64,000 nucleotides of DNA from Naegleria gruberi. Its lineage: Eukaryota. Made by a program: the position numbers and the translations under genes. Position 1 is the stretch's first letter. Each line of letters opens with the position of its first letter. Of the stretch, positions 10,965 through 24,382 are shown one piece after another. The stretch lies in NCBI GenBank assembly GCA_000004985.1, contig GG738900.1. One strand, given 5' to 3'. The notes beneath the pieces were generated by a model. The model was not told the DNA's origin. It was given only the letters and a program-made list of their open reading frames with translations, and made no database searches.

Positions 10965-11909
10965 ATGGCTCAATTGACCGAAGAAGATTCACAAGTAATT
11001 GTTAATTTAATTAATTTTGATCACTCCCCCAATTCATTGTTTGATCAATTAAAAATTCAACTACGAAATTATAAGAAATTTGTACCATTTTCCATGAATT
11101 TTGAAGAGGTTGCGAAAATAACACCAATTTCCAATTTAATGTGTCATGTTAAAGTCTCACCATCACATCATTGTCTATGTGTGTCTGATACAGAAGACAA
11201 CATAAAGAAAATTAAGTTTTTTGAATTGACAAGCTTGCGATATTTAACAAGTTTTAAACATCTTACACCTGTTGACAGTTTGTTTATCGAGGAAAACTTT
11301 GATGGCCAACACAATGATGCAATTTATTTTGGAGAATTTGGGGGCATGACAAAGTACAGAGTTAAAGACTTGTTGATTTTGGGAGAAAATGCACAGTTTT
11401 TATGGAAAATTGAAAAGAAATACAGGTTTGGAATGGCAATAAGAGAAATTGGAAATAAGAAACAATTATTCAGATTTGCTGGCGTTTCCAGAACAATGGA
11501 TATAATAGATGCTGAGGAGGGTAAAATTATTGCTGAGATGGATTTTGAACATATTCACAAGGTGTTTGGAATTGAATTTATTACTCCAAAGCGATTGTTT
11601 ATATCATGTCTGGATGGAGATTGTTGTATATTTGATGAAGAAACAGAAAACAAATGGAAACTCTTTAAAATTATTCAAAGTGTGGATGATATTCGCCTTA
11701 AAGACTCTGCTGGATTAACAGTTGACTATTTGGGTAAAAAGATATTCCTCTCCAATACTGGAAGAATTATAATCTTTGATTTTGATGGAGATGTAGTTGG
11801 CTCATACAAGGCAGATATTAAAGTTCCTTGTGGTCTTGATTTTGACAAGAGAACTGGCCTTCTTTATGTTGCTGATCAATTATCCAATTCCATTAAAATT
11901 TTCAAGTAA
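10965..11909 (+). CDS. Hypothetical beta-propeller (NHL/YVTN-like repeat) protein
   Basis: 314-aa ORF with repeated beta-strand-rich units ending in ..LLYVADQLSNSIKIFK (NHL-like). Family uncertain. Confidence 0.45.
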   Translation: MAQLTEEDSQVIVNLINFDHSPNSLFDQLKIQLRNYKKFVPFSMNFEEVAKITPISNLMCHVKVSPSHHCLCVSDTEDNIKKIKFFELTSLRYLTSFKHLTPVDSLFIEENFDGQHNDAIYFGEFGGMTKYRVKDLLILGENAQFLWKIEKKYRFGMAIREIGNKKQLFRFAGVSRTMDIIDAEEGKIIAEMDFEHIHKVFGIEFITPKRLFISCLDGDCCIFDEETENKWKLFKIIQSVDDIRLKDSAGLTVDYLGKKIFLSNTGRIIIFDFDGDVVGSYKADIKVPCGLDFDKRTGLLYVADQLSNSIKIFK

Positions 11910-12739
11910 AGTTACAAATATTTACATTTGACTTGATTTCTTTTCACACTTTGTAGTTGTGTGAAATGAAGAATATAACGATTGGTTAATCAAGTAGTGT
12001 GATATTTGTAACATTTCAATTGTTAATTTTGGACGGGAAGCCTGCCAGGAATATGGCGACAATCCCGCTACAGTCTTTGACTGTATGAACAGTGAAGGCA
12101 AGAGTTCTGGACGAATCTTGTTGTGTTTAAATAACAGGTTGTTGAGGAAATTCAATAGGTTGATCAACCTTGTATTTATTGAACATTGATTCGCTGAATT
12201 GCTTGATGCAAATTTTGGTTTCATATTTTCTGATCAAATCTAAACTAAATTGAAACTTCAGCTTATTGGATTTCATCAGCAAATTATTACAAGAAATCAA
12301 TTTTTTCACAAGATCTTTAAATATTAAAAAAATATCTCATCATTTATAATAACATTCGAATGGTTGAAATTTTTTTTACCATTTCTCATTACCTTATTTG
12401 TAAATTAATGAAATTTGTGCAATGATGCATATGAAAATGATGATTAAAATTAAATATTATCCAATTGGAATAGCTAGTGGTTTTCCAATAATTCCAAAAT
12501 CAATAAGTGAAATCTCAACTATTTAAATCTACAAGGTGTTTCTCTAAATTCATTAGATAATTTCATCTCAACGATTTATTTAATTTCAATAGAGAAACAC
12601 CATATCTTGTTTATTTAGCCCATTGCCAAACATCACATTTCAAACCATCAAAATCTCTCATTAAAAAAAATTGGAGACATTTGCCTGCCATCCATCATCA
12701 TTTTGATCACACAAAAACAAGAAGAAGAAGAATAAAATC

Positions 12740-15700
12740 GTGCATCAAAACATCAAAATGGCACCTCCATCATCATCCACCAATACAATCCATGAAAAAT
12801 TTGATTTTTATTCCCTCGTTTCACCACAAGGACAAATCAAAACTATTTGTTCAGTAATTGATGATTATGATTTTATATTTGTTGGTTTGGGGGATGGTCG
12901 TGTAGTTATCTATCGAATGAAAATTGATAATTTCTCAGCCATTGAAGCAGAGAAATGTGTTTCCATCAATATTGACAAGGCACCGATTGAAGATATTCAA
13001 GTTGACTCTAAAAACAAGTTACTTTTTGTATTGAATGAACAACATGATTGATATTTTGGTTATGATCCGAAACATCCAACAGGAATTTCTTGAGAGAAAG
13101 GCAGAAATTTTGGGTAAACAAATTTCATGTTTTGCTGTGGATAAGAGATGTGAAAATCAGAGATTGGTTTTGAGTTATAAAAGTGGAAAGTTAAAAGGAA
13201 AGGCATCACTGTTTTCATATAAGGAATTGTTGGAAGATAGTGTTCAAGAGTTGACTGAAATTAAAACAGTTGATATGGAAGATTCAAATCAATTTACGAC
13301 AACTCATGAAATGTTATTTGTTGATTCTTACTTTGTTTGTTTACTTTCAAAAGGTGCAAAATCAAAAGAAGTCATGTATTATAAGAGATTTAGTTTGAAT
13401 ATTTCACAAACTACGAGAAATTTCATTTCCTGTCAATCAATTGTTACAAAAGAAAGTGATATGGATGAAATTCGAGGAACAAAGGGTGTTTATATTAAGA
13501 ATAGTATGATTCATTTAGAAGGAAAGGTAGCTCTCTTTAGATGTGGATTGAAATTGTGGAGACCTTGCTATTTGGATGGTGAAAAGTATTATGTGAGAAA
13601 TGCCTCCTCAAATATTGTTTCAAGTGTTGCAGGAAATGCTAACAATACTACTGATTCTTCTTCATCACTTTCCAGTAATATTCAAAGTTCAAATTCTGAA
13701 GAACAATCAGAAATTGAAGAAGTCAACTATGAAAGAACCAACACTTTACAATCCATGAAGGAAGAATTTAAATATGCCTATGTTAACACAAATGGTGCTG
13801 AACCTTTGAGTGTTTGTTTGTGTTTCCCATATGTTGCTTGTTTGATGAGTGACAGTCTCGATATTTACAATTTATATTGGAGAGAAAGTACAACTACCAA
13901 GTCAACTATGCAAGCAAAGAAAGTTTATTCATTATTGAACAATAAGGATGGTACCACTATATTTGCAGATGAACATCGTTTCTATGTGGTTACTGAAAAT
14001 TCAAATGCCATTCGTTACTTGTCTCCTCCAAATAGTGATATTCAATTAAAGACATTGAGAGAAGAGTTGCTCTCACCACAAGCTCATCACTTGTTCAAAA
14101 TGAGACAAGACAAAAATAGTGAAGATTTCAGAAAGGAATTGATGGAATTCCAATTTGCAAATGGTAAAGCGAACTTGGAAAGAGGTAGGCCGAAGGAAGC
14201 TTTCAGATTCTTCTTAGAATCAATGAAGCAATCAAAGTATTTATCCATTGAAGATAGAAAGGATATTCGTGAGATTTTGAGATATTTCATGTATTATAGC
14301 GGTTCTTCTCATTCTCAATTTAGTTTGATTTCACCAAGTTTCTTCCCGTCTTCAATTTCAAGTGAACCAATTCGTGAAAAATTGACTACAAACTTTAAAC
14401 AAGGGAAAATCAAAGCTGGTATCGATCAGAACTTTATCACTCAAGATATGGCTATGAACTTTACAGAGCACTTTATCAACTTGCTCATTCACAAGACTTT
14501 CATGTACTTGATGGAATTCCTTGAAGTGGTTCAATCAAATCCAAAATATAGACCTGAAACTTTGGATCAACAAGCTGCAGTTGAATATGCCTTGTTAGCT
14601 CTCTACACATTACCTCATCCAAACATGGCTTCAAAGGAATTTGATGAAAACAATAGAAGATCCCTTGCCTACTATCATCATTCTTGCTATGAGAACATTG
14701 AAAAGATTGTAAAGAGAAAGCACGAACCTGGTTTTGAAAAGTATACTGAACAATTGTTCAAAGTCTTGACAGATACTGGTTGTTGGAGACACGCTGCCTT
14801 GTTAGCTCATAATCTTGGGCAAAGTACTCAACAAGTTATGGGTATTTTCAAGAGTAACATTAGTCGTGACATTTACTATGAACGTTACGATGGTGTGGAT
14901 GATGTTGTTGATATTTTAAGTCAGATGGATGGTAATACATTATTGCAAAATCCATCCATTAGAGAATTCATTTCATGGATCATTTCACTCAATCCAAGCA
15001 AGAGTGTCAAGATTTTCACCGCCCCAAGAGCTAATCCACCAATCCCAGATTTGGTATTGGAATTCTTGAATCCATTCCCTCTCAACATGACAGTTCAATA
15101 TTTGCATCACATAATCTATGAAACAAAGGGTCAAGGTATTACAGATAGAGATTTGAATAGATATCATACAGAATATGCAATAAGTTTGATTGATTATGTA
15201 ACCTTGATTTATCCTGTCAATCTCGATAAGAGACTTGCCCCTCCAGCAGGTACTGAACAGGGAGATCTCGGTAAATTTAGAGGATACTTGTTGAAACACA
15301 TCAAGGAAAGTAGCAGATACAATAAGGAAATTGTCGACAAGAAACTTCAAACATCCAATTTGAATGAGGAAAAGATTTCACTCTTCCATGTTATGGGAAA
15401 ACACGAGGAGGCATTAACTGTCCTTGTAAAAACTGATTTGAAGAGAGCTGAGGAGTATTGTGATACTGTCTTTGAGGAAGAACAAAAATCTACAGTTTTA
15501 CTTTCAAAGAGTGGAAATCAAGCAAGTAATTACAATCCATATTTAATCAGATTGATTGAAATTACAACCAATCCAACACTTTTTGATGAATATGATGAAG
15601 AGAGTGCTCTCCGTAGAATGATGAGTGTTCTCAGTTTACTTCAAAGAAGAGCTTCGGATATTAACATTATTGAAGTATTGTCCGTACTTCCAGAACATTC

Positions 15701-16040
15701 TGAATTGAGGCAATTATCAACCTTCTTAACTCAGGCCATTCAATTTACTCATCACAATAATAGAACTACTTTAATTAAGAATGAATTGGCAAGAAATGCC
15801 TCAATGCAAGTTAAGGCACGTCATGTCAAAGCTACAACCAGATCAATAACTGTTACTTCAACTACATCATGTCCAGTTTGTGAACAACCTATTGGTAATG
15901 CTGTCTTTGCAATCTTCCCTGACCAATCAGTTGTCCATTATCGTTGTTTGATTAGCAACGAAGATGAAAAGAAGGAAAAGAATAGGAATGTCCATCCAAA
16001 GAATGGTATTGATTTTAAGAAATTCCCAGTTGACTTTTAA
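12740..16040 (+). CDS. Vps39/Vam6 - Vps3/TGFBRAP1 family vacuolar tethering protein; exons 12740-13027 and 13083-16040 (55-nt intron)
   Basis: The N-terminus is a CNH-like beta-propeller start (KTICSVIDDYDFIFVGLGDGRVVIYRM). A long helical middle follows. The C-terminus is CPVCEQPIG..(16)..HYRC, the zinc finger typical of the Vps39_2/TRAP1 C-terminus. The two ORFs differ in frame and are joined by a GTATTG..ACAG intron. Confidence 0.62.
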
Positions 16041-16146
16041 ATCTTTACCCGTAACAAATAAATCAATTAAACAATTCGTTCACTCTTAATATCATTAATT
16101 TTTAGCCATTTCCAAATCCTTTTAGTCGGTTGGCAAAGAAAACAAA

Positions 16147-16235
16147 AGGCGACTGAGGGAATTGAACCCTCGACCCTCAGTTATCTCAGCATTACTGCCT
16201 ACAAGACTGATGCACTGCCACTGTGCTAAGCCGCC
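16147..16235 (-). tRNA. Intron-containing tRNA gene, anticodon most likely UGU (Thr), with downstream T-run Pol III terminator
   Basis: The minus-strand sequence is GGCGGCT-TA-GCAC-AGTGGCA-GTGC-A-TCAGT-CTTGTA-[17-nt intron]-A-ACTGA-GGGTC-GAGGG-TTCAATT-CCCTC-AGTCGCC. It has a 7-bp acceptor stem with one G-U pair, a D-arm with GG, and a T-loop TTCAATT. The intron sits at the canonical 37/38 position. A run CTTTTGTTTTCTTT lies immediately 3'. Confidence 0.8.
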
Positions 16236-16353
16236 TTACATGCATCAAAAAAATTATAAAAACCTGTGCTAAAGCAACACATGTCAAACTTTCTTCAAAA
16301 ATTTTCCACTTGAAGTTCAATTAGACATTAGACTTGAAAAAAAAGGCTTTACA

Positions 16354-18400
16354 ATGTTGCCATCATCGTGTTTTGGTTACAGTAATTGGAGTGGTAGAGC
16401 CACTGATGATGATGACTTTGAAAGCTTTCTCTATTCACCAACAAATGAGGAGCAAATTAATACTTCGGAAGAGATTAATTTAAATATGAATAATTCTATT
16501 AACACGACGGATCGGAACCAACATCAATCTATCTGTCAGAATAATACTGTGCCGGTACAATCAATTAATTCTTCATCAATGGTTGAAAAGAATGAATACA
16601 CATGTTTGTCATGTCGAAAATTACACAGAAAATGTGACAAATTACTTCCATCATGTTCTTATTGTTCAAAGAGAGGATATAATTGTATATATGAAAAACC
16701 AAAGAGAAGTGTAAAACCAAATCAACCAAACTTTGTGTTTGTTGATGAAGGAAGAAAGCTAACTAATCATCGAATAAGTCAACCAACAGCAGCAACAACG
16801 AACAAATCAATTTCGTTGTGGTGAAAATTCAAAGAATATAGAAAGGAGAGGGGAACCTTATGTAAATATTGTAAATAATTTGAATAGAATTGGAAATAAT
16901 GCAACGAGTATTAATGCATTGCAAAATGAGTTGAATTATCGATTTGTTACCACTCAAACTCTGGATGTATATTTTAATGTAATTGCTTGTGGAATGCCAC
17001 TTGTGGAAAGAAAGAAATTGGAACAAGTTTTGGAATATCAATCTAATTTGTATCATCCTTCATTCTCAATATCTGGATGTGATTTTTATACGAATCAGTT
17101 TGAATTTGAAAAGGATCAATCACTTTTATTTACATTACAAGCACTGTGTTTACAACAGATGGGTCATCGAGATGTTTCCACTCAACTCTACCTTCAAGGA
17201 AAACAATTATTGGGAAAATACTTTGATGACATTGATTCGATAAGCGTCCTACTTTCAATGAAATTTACATCACTCTATTTACTGGGAGAGGGTGAAAGAA
17301 GAAAGGCCAGAGCCATGATGTTAATTGTAAAAGCAGGTATTGATCCATACCTTTTGAAAAACGAAAAGGTGAAGGAAATTTCTGATCTAGAACTGATATT
17401 GAAGAATGCCAAATCTTTTACATCATTATTGATTGAATCTCAGCTAAAACTAATTGACCTTTACCTAAATGAAGAATGCTACCCAGACACATATCTTTTC
17501 GAGGCCATTGAGGAATTGTCAAACCGAAAACTAAAATTCACAGATGAGGAAAGATCAAGAGGATGTAAAAAACTAGACAAGGAAACCTATGAAAAGATAA
17601 AGGGATTTATGAAAGCTTACATGTCTCTCTCCAGAATATTTGTTGAGAGTGAAAGAAATGACACAGATAATGCAGGTAATTTGCTCATGCTTAGTTTGAG
17701 CATCACAACAAAGCAAATTTGGTTAGAAATTCTACTCAATTCAGATGAAAGTTTCAGAGATTTGAATGAAATTCTTCAAATTTCCAGTGAAATTATTAGA
17801 TTGACGAGGACTAAATTCTTTCCCTATCTTCAAATCAATGCTACTAAGGGAATAATTTTAGCTGCCACACTGAGGGCAAGTTATTATTACAAACTAGGTC
17901 CTAATGAAAATGTCAATGATGATTTGAGAGCTCTTAAATCACTCTCAACAAAGTACAAATATATCCAAACAGAATGTGTTGATTTGATGAAGGCACTTGA
18001 AACTCTGACATACATGTCATTAAATAGTGGAAGTTTATCAAATCCATTTTCTGTGGATGAAATTTGCAATTTTACCTCCAAAATTGAACCAACAACATTG
18101 AAAGCACCTACTGAAGGAGGAATTATTGTTTATTATAATGACTATGTAGAAAATCACAGACCTAATCTGAATCAAGTGATGAAGGAAGATACTGATCTTA
18201 TAGATGAATTAGTCAATTGTCTATTGGATCAAGATAAGATTAAGAAGGAAGTTACTGATCCTATTCAACAAAAAGAGAGCTTGCATTATAGAAAATTACA
18301 ACTTGTGCAAACCTACCGAAATAAGGCAACTGATAGGCAGGATAATTATCAAGTGATTGAAATGATGAAGAATATTCGACTCTTTTACATGTTGCAATAA
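16354..18400 (+). CDS. Zn(II)2Cys6 binuclear-cluster transcription factor; DNA-binding ORF 16354-16824 and regulatory-domain ORF 16880-18400, probably one gene
   Basis: CLSCRKLHRKCDKLLPSCSYCSKRGYNC is a canonical C-X2-C-X6-C-X6-C-X2-C-X6-C zinc cluster. The 506-aa downstream ORF has no ATG (TTG start in track). It is in the +1 frame and overlaps the first ORF by 45 nt. This implies an unmodelled intron or a frameshift. Confidence 0.7.
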
Positions 18401-18532
18401 CTATCCTCAATAAATTAGATTAGTTTCGAATAGTTTCATTACCAATGGTTTCAATTAGTTTCATATGAAAGTCCACTTTAGTTGGGATGCAAGATAGCTC
18501 TCTCATTTTCCCATCAATCATCACTCAAAAAA

Positions 18533-21500
18533 ATGACCAAAGACACGATAAAGGTAGACTTTCGTCTTCACCAGTCCGGTAATGTAAGTGTTCATCATCG
18601 CTACTACAGTTCATCAACGATTCTACAACAATAATTTTCCTTTCTCCATCATCATCAACAAACAACAATAACGAAATACGAAACTAATTTTTATTCGAAA
18701 CAGCTGATTGAAGGTTTTTTAAAAAAGAAGGGTAAAAACTTAATCAATCGAGCACCACTTCGTTACGTAATTGTACGAAAGGATGGTCTTTATTATTTTG
18801 ATGTAAAGAAGGATGAAAAGAATGGTCAAGATCAACCCGATCTTGATACTTGTCTTGGATTTATAAATATTCTTGATTTACAATCAGTGGTTGGAGATGA
18901 ATCTGATAACAAATTAACAATAACAGCAGAAAAGAAAAAGAAAACTAAACAATTTGTATTTTTCACTGAAAATAAGGATTCGTATACAAATTGGTTCAAT
19001 GAAGTAAAGAAATGGGAATCACAAAAAGATTTATATGTAAAATCATCACCTCAAACCAATCAATCAACATTTTCAAGTGGTGCTTCATCAAGAAATTCTG
19101 CAAAATCAGCAACCAATGAATTAACTTCCATCTCACAAAGAGTTCGATCATCTTCGAGTAGACTTTCATTGAACAAACCTATTGATACAGGTGGTCTATT
19201 TTCACAGAGTCCACCTAATAGTGGTGGTGGTGGTGCATTGAGTGGTGGTGTTGCAAGTGGTGGTACTGGAGACAGTTCAGCAACTACTCCATCAACTCCT
19301 TCCACAATTATTTCTGGAAGTTCTGCTACCCCAATTATTAATCCATCCACTACAAATGTTACTGCAGGTACGAGTCCAACTGGTATTGGATCTATTCTCA
19401 ATAGGAAAAAGACAACTTTTGAAGATGAAGATATTGGAACGGAGGCAAATATTTCTGATGAAGAAGATGAATTGGAAAATGACGAAGATGATGATAATAT
19501 GAGTGGTCTCAGTGCAAGAAGTAGAAGTTCAACAAGATCAAGAAGAAGTGGAGTTTTGAAAGGAAAAGAAAAAGGAAATTTGTTTGACTTGTTAAATTCT
19601 CAAAAATTGGCCGAATCAAGTGTTGCTAGAAGACACTCTGTCATGTTTGATAAGGTTTCTGATAGATCTTCAGTTATTTTCGATGATGGATCATCACACA
19701 GTGGTGCTGGAAATCGTAAGAACGATGAAGATCAATTTGATAAGAGAAGATTCCAAAATATCATGTCAATCTTCCCAATTGAAAGAGAACATTCTCGTTA
19801 TTTTGATGATGGTAAACGTGTTGAATTGACTCAACCAATAGCAGAAGTCAAAGAATGGGAAGAAGAATTAATCAGCTTTGAAACTAAACGTTCTCAAAAA
19901 TCAGAAAAAGTTGATGAAAAATCCATCACTACTCTCGTTCCTCATGATTTTGCAGATGCTAAGGAAAAGTGTAAGGAAACTCTTCAACAAGAGGACAAAT
20001 TCTGTTACTGGGCTCACGAAGTTGTGTGGTTCAATCCAAGAGTAGTCGGTAATAAGAATCAATACAAGGAAGCACTTCTCGTGTTGGGTAACAGAAATTT
20101 GTACATTATTGACTCGAAGAGTTTCAAAACTGAAACAAAGGTCAGAGTGAATGATATTGTTCACATTGTTCAATCTGGTTATGAGGATGACATTGTTGGT
20201 ATTGTAAGAAAGAAGGACAGAGAGGAAATGTACGATATTCTATTCCAATTCACAGAAACTAAAAAAACAAGAGGTGCCGATGAGACATCCATTACTGTTC
20301 AAGATGAAGAGAGAATTAGAGGGAAATCATTTGCTAACAGTTGTTCTGCTCTCTTTAAGGAACAAGAAAATGAAATCTACTTGAAAAAGATTGAATTCTT
20401 TGATTATATTTCAGCAATTTTCCTTTCACAAAGAGGTTTGCAACTTAAAATCTTCTTTGTCAATGATGTAAGACAAGCAGTTAGAACAACTGAAAAGGAA
20501 GATCCAATTGACTTGAATGAAAAGAATATTCTCGAATCAACATCCATTCTCCAAATCGATAAGAAGCATGATTTTATCAAACTCTATTTGGAACCAATTA
20601 GATGTAGAGTTATGAGTGAATTTGGTGATAAACAAGTGCTATTTGCTGGTCTCCTTGGTAAGAAGAATAAGAGAAACAAGTATCAAAATCGTACCATTGT
20701 CATTACTAATAGAGCTCTCTACGTCTTTGATCCAAAGAAGCAAAAATCATTCAAGAGAAGAATTAAACTCTCTGAAATCTCAAGAGTTTACAGAAATAAG
20801 AAGAAGGGTGTATTGATTGATGTTCCTAGTGAATATCCACTTTGTTTGGTTCCAAAGCAAAATATGGACGTTTTTGAAGATTTTATAACTGTTCTCTCTA
20901 CTTTGTATTTTGATAAGGATTTAGTTCAACATGTAAAGGATAATGAATTTGATTCATTTGACTTGGAAAAGTCTCAAGGTTTCAAGGAAAAGATGAACGA
21001 AACTGAAGATATTTTACAAGTCCACAATCAGCTCAGAACAGCCATTAGTTCTAAAGATGTTAACCAAGTTAGAGAATATTTGGCCTACGCTGATGCATTG
21101 GTTGGTAAGAGAGATCCTCAAGAAACTATGAGTATTAGAGATTTGAGAATTCAAGCTAGTGAATTCTTAGCTGATGTTCGTTTACAAGAATTCATCAAGG
21201 AAAAACTTCAAACTGCTTTCATTAACAGAGATTTCCTTGAAATGAGTAGAATGTTGGATCACATTGAAACTATCAAGAAGGAAAGAGGTGAGGAAGAAAT
21301 CTACAAAGTACTTGCTGACTATCTCAAGAGTATCAAAACTGAAAAGGAAGTTGTCATTAACAAACACTTACTCATGACAAGAATCGAATATTTACTTGCT
21401 GGAGGTGTTGATACAGATAATGAGAGAAGAATTCTCGAAGCTGTTGATATAGCCAAGAGAGCTGGTTTCGTAAAGGAAGTTGAAAAGTACAAACAAGAGT

Positions 21501-24382
21501 ACGACAAGGAAAAGCAAAAGATCTACATTGATCAACAAATTGCCGAAGTCATCGATAGAAAGAAGAAGAATACCAGCTTTGACTCAGATGCCGATCGTTT
21601 GATTTGTCTGATTGAAAACGCCAAAGCATTGGGAATTTATGAAGGCAAAATCCAAAAGACATTCGAAGAAAATACCAAAGATTTCATTACCAACAAATCC
21701 AACAATCACAATTTCAAGTCAGTTATTGAACAAACTAGAAAGGATATTGAGAGTAATCATTCTAAACTCAAGAAGGAAATTGAAAAGGTCAAGATTGGAG
21801 CTGAAGGTTATACCAACATTGATAAGGCCCTCGTTGATGAAGCTGAAAAGGTCCTCAAGGAAATTGAAAATATCAGAAAGTACCAAAAGAAATTGAATAC
21901 TATTCTTGATAAGACTGAAAAGGGAGTTTTCAAATTGGAAGAAGCTCAATATCTCATTGAAAAGTGTAAGAAAAAGTTGGCTAGTAAACGTAAAGGATAC
22001 GGAGAAACAAAGGACTATAGAGAGTTGACCAAGAGAGCTAACAATACATACAATGAACTCAAACGTGAAACCAAGAGAATTTACAAACAAGAAGCTTCAA
22101 ACATTGCTTTGACTTTGAAGAAACTTCTCGACGATCAACAATACGACATGTTGAGACAAAAACTTGCCCAAATCAATACTGCAGAAATCAAACCAGCTCT
22201 TGTTGCAGAACTTCCTGAACTTCAAAAGATCATTGATGAAGTTGTTGACAATTTGAATACCTTTGACTTTATGAGAAAGTTGTCTGGTGTTGGTGTTGAA
22301 AAGGAATACTCCTACAAGGATGTTGAAAAGGTTCTCAAATTTAAAGAATTTGCTGAGAGAAATCCACGTGAACTCTCTGAAGAACAACAAGAATCACTCG
22401 AAAAGATTGAAAAGAAGGTTGCTATGGAATTCAAACTCTACAATGAAATCCAAGAAGAAAAGAAGAGATTTAAGGATATTTCAGCTGAAATTTTCAATTT
22501 CCAAAAGGTTGAAATTTTATTAGAAAATGTTTCGGATATTCCTTCCTTGGAAGATGAAGCAATTGAATTAGCAAACATGGTGAGAATGAAGAAGACTTTC
22601 AACATGTATGTTAGAGAAATTCAAAAGAGAAAGGCAACAGCAAGAAGCTACGATGACATTTTGAGAAAGGCCTCAAAGGAGAACATTGATGTGAATATTC
22701 TTGTTGGTGCTGCAATGACTCAAAAGACAAACGATGTTCAATTGGAAGATGAGTTGAATGAATTGATTAGAAGAAAGGACTTGAAGAAATTACAAGATTT
22801 CATTGGTAAGAATTCAGATACCATGCCAAGAAATTTACTCAAAATGGCAAATGCCAAGTTGAACAATTTGAGAAGAGAAAATATGTCACCTCTTGAATTG
22901 ATTGAACAAATTAACAATGCTATTGACGTTCATGCTAAGGAAGAATTGTTAAATGCAATTGAAATTGCTAACAAATTATTGAACGAAGATATTGCTGAAC
23001 AATCCAAGACTCAACTTCAAAATGCCATCGAACGTGCCCAAGTAACCATCAAGGAAATTACAAACAAGGAAAATATCGAAAAGATCAAATTGTATCCACA
23101 AGAATTCATGAAAGAAGCTTTGCATTCTGATGATTTTGATGAAATTGATGTTGAAAATGATTCATTCAACATGACAAGAAAGCTTCGTCAAGTTCAAGGG
23201 CTCACCGATTACTCATCCTTGTCCAGAGAGGAAAAACAAAAGTACCTCTTTGAAATATTCCAAAGCAAGAGCATGAATTCAGATAATGAACTGTTACAAA
23301 GATTGACTTATCATGTCAACAAGCTCAGAGCTTTCTGTGAATCAAGAGAAGGCTCACATTCTGAAGAGGAAATGTATGTCGTCGAGAGAGACAATGTATT
23401 CGGCCAAAACTTGATCAAAGTTCTCTACGATATTTTGAATCACAAGACAAAGAAACGTTTCTTCTACTTGTCTAAGGATCCATATGAAATTCTGAGTGGT
23501 TTGAAGGCATCCAATGATCACATTGGTAAACTTGTCGATTCATTTGATTCTAACGAATTGGTTAAAAGATTGAAGAAGGAAAAGAAAAACGAAGCTCTTT
23601 CAGTCCAATTTATTTACTACCTCCTCTCTGAACGTTCTTTCATGTTTGTGGTTGAATTATTGTTAACATCTGACGCCTACCTAAAGGATTGCTACGAATT
23701 GGATTCTGTAGTTCTTGATAGAAGATACAGAGATGATATTTACCCACTCATGTCATTATTGGCCATGTTCCAATTCACATTCTCACTTAGATCATCAACT
23801 GATGTGTTGGCTGCTTCTCCAGTTTCCAGACTGAAAGGTATTGTCAGATCGATTGTACACTACTTTGTATCGAATAGAACTGAAACTAAATCTAATTTAG
23901 AACTCAGTGGCAAGGAAGATTGGGAGAAGAGTAACATTGGTGAGCTGATTCGTAAAAAGTTGGTACCAACAGTTGCAGAAATATTCAATCACAAGTTCAA
24001 GAGTGGTTTCATTTCAAAATATCACATTTGGCAATTCATTCAAGATGTTGCTGAACAAAAGAGAATCAGTGCTATTGACATTGGAGGTATCAATTTACCA
24101 ACTGCAATTGATTTTGTGAACGAGGCAGTTGATAATCCTTTAGACTTTGACTTTAAATTCGAGACATTTATTTGTTACGCTTTGAATAGAGGTCTTATGG
24201 CTGAATTCTTTGAAAGTATCTTGAAGGACAGATCATTCCTAGCTAAGTATTATGACCAATATGCTCTAGTATTAGATAAGGATGTTATCGGTAACACTGT
24301 CAAATATTTCGAAATCATTTCTCAATTACCATTCGATTTAATAGAATCCTCTGAAAAGTATAACCAAAAATATAACCAATAA
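18533..24382 (+). CDS. Very large PH-domain plus coiled-coil protein (about 1850 aa); exon 1 18533-18583, 120-nt intron, exon 2 18704-24382
   Basis: Exon 1 (MTKDTIKVDFRLHQSGN) splices in frame to LIEGFLKKKGKNLINRAPLRYVIVRKDGLYYFD...FVFFTENKDSYTNWFNEVKKW, a classic PH domain. Two further PH-like modules follow (LLVLGNRNLYIID.., LFAGLLGKK..RALYVFD). More than 1000 aa of heptad-rich helical sequence follow. Confidence 0.7.

Noticed and set aside
11922-12309. Minus-strand ORFs of 100 and 60 aa in the intergenic spacer
   Set aside because: Very AT-rich, Leu/Asn/Phe-dominated, no motifs, overlapping each other. Consistent with non-coding spacer.
16354-16824. Zn2Cys6 domain taken as proof of a fungal genome
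   Set aside because: The same window encodes an SH2 protein, an RWP-RK protein and a cilia-type carboxypeptidase. SH2 signalling proteins other than Spt6 are not found in fungi. The zinc cluster is better read as part of a mixed amoebozoan-like repertoire.
19060-19502. Antisense and alternate-frame ORFs inside the large coiled-coil genes (19060-19401, 19242-19502, 21182-22390, 34006-34953)
   Set aside because: Low-complexity, repeat-driven open frames on the opposite strand of strongly supported genes. Typical artefacts of GAA/AAG-rich coiled-coil coding sequence.
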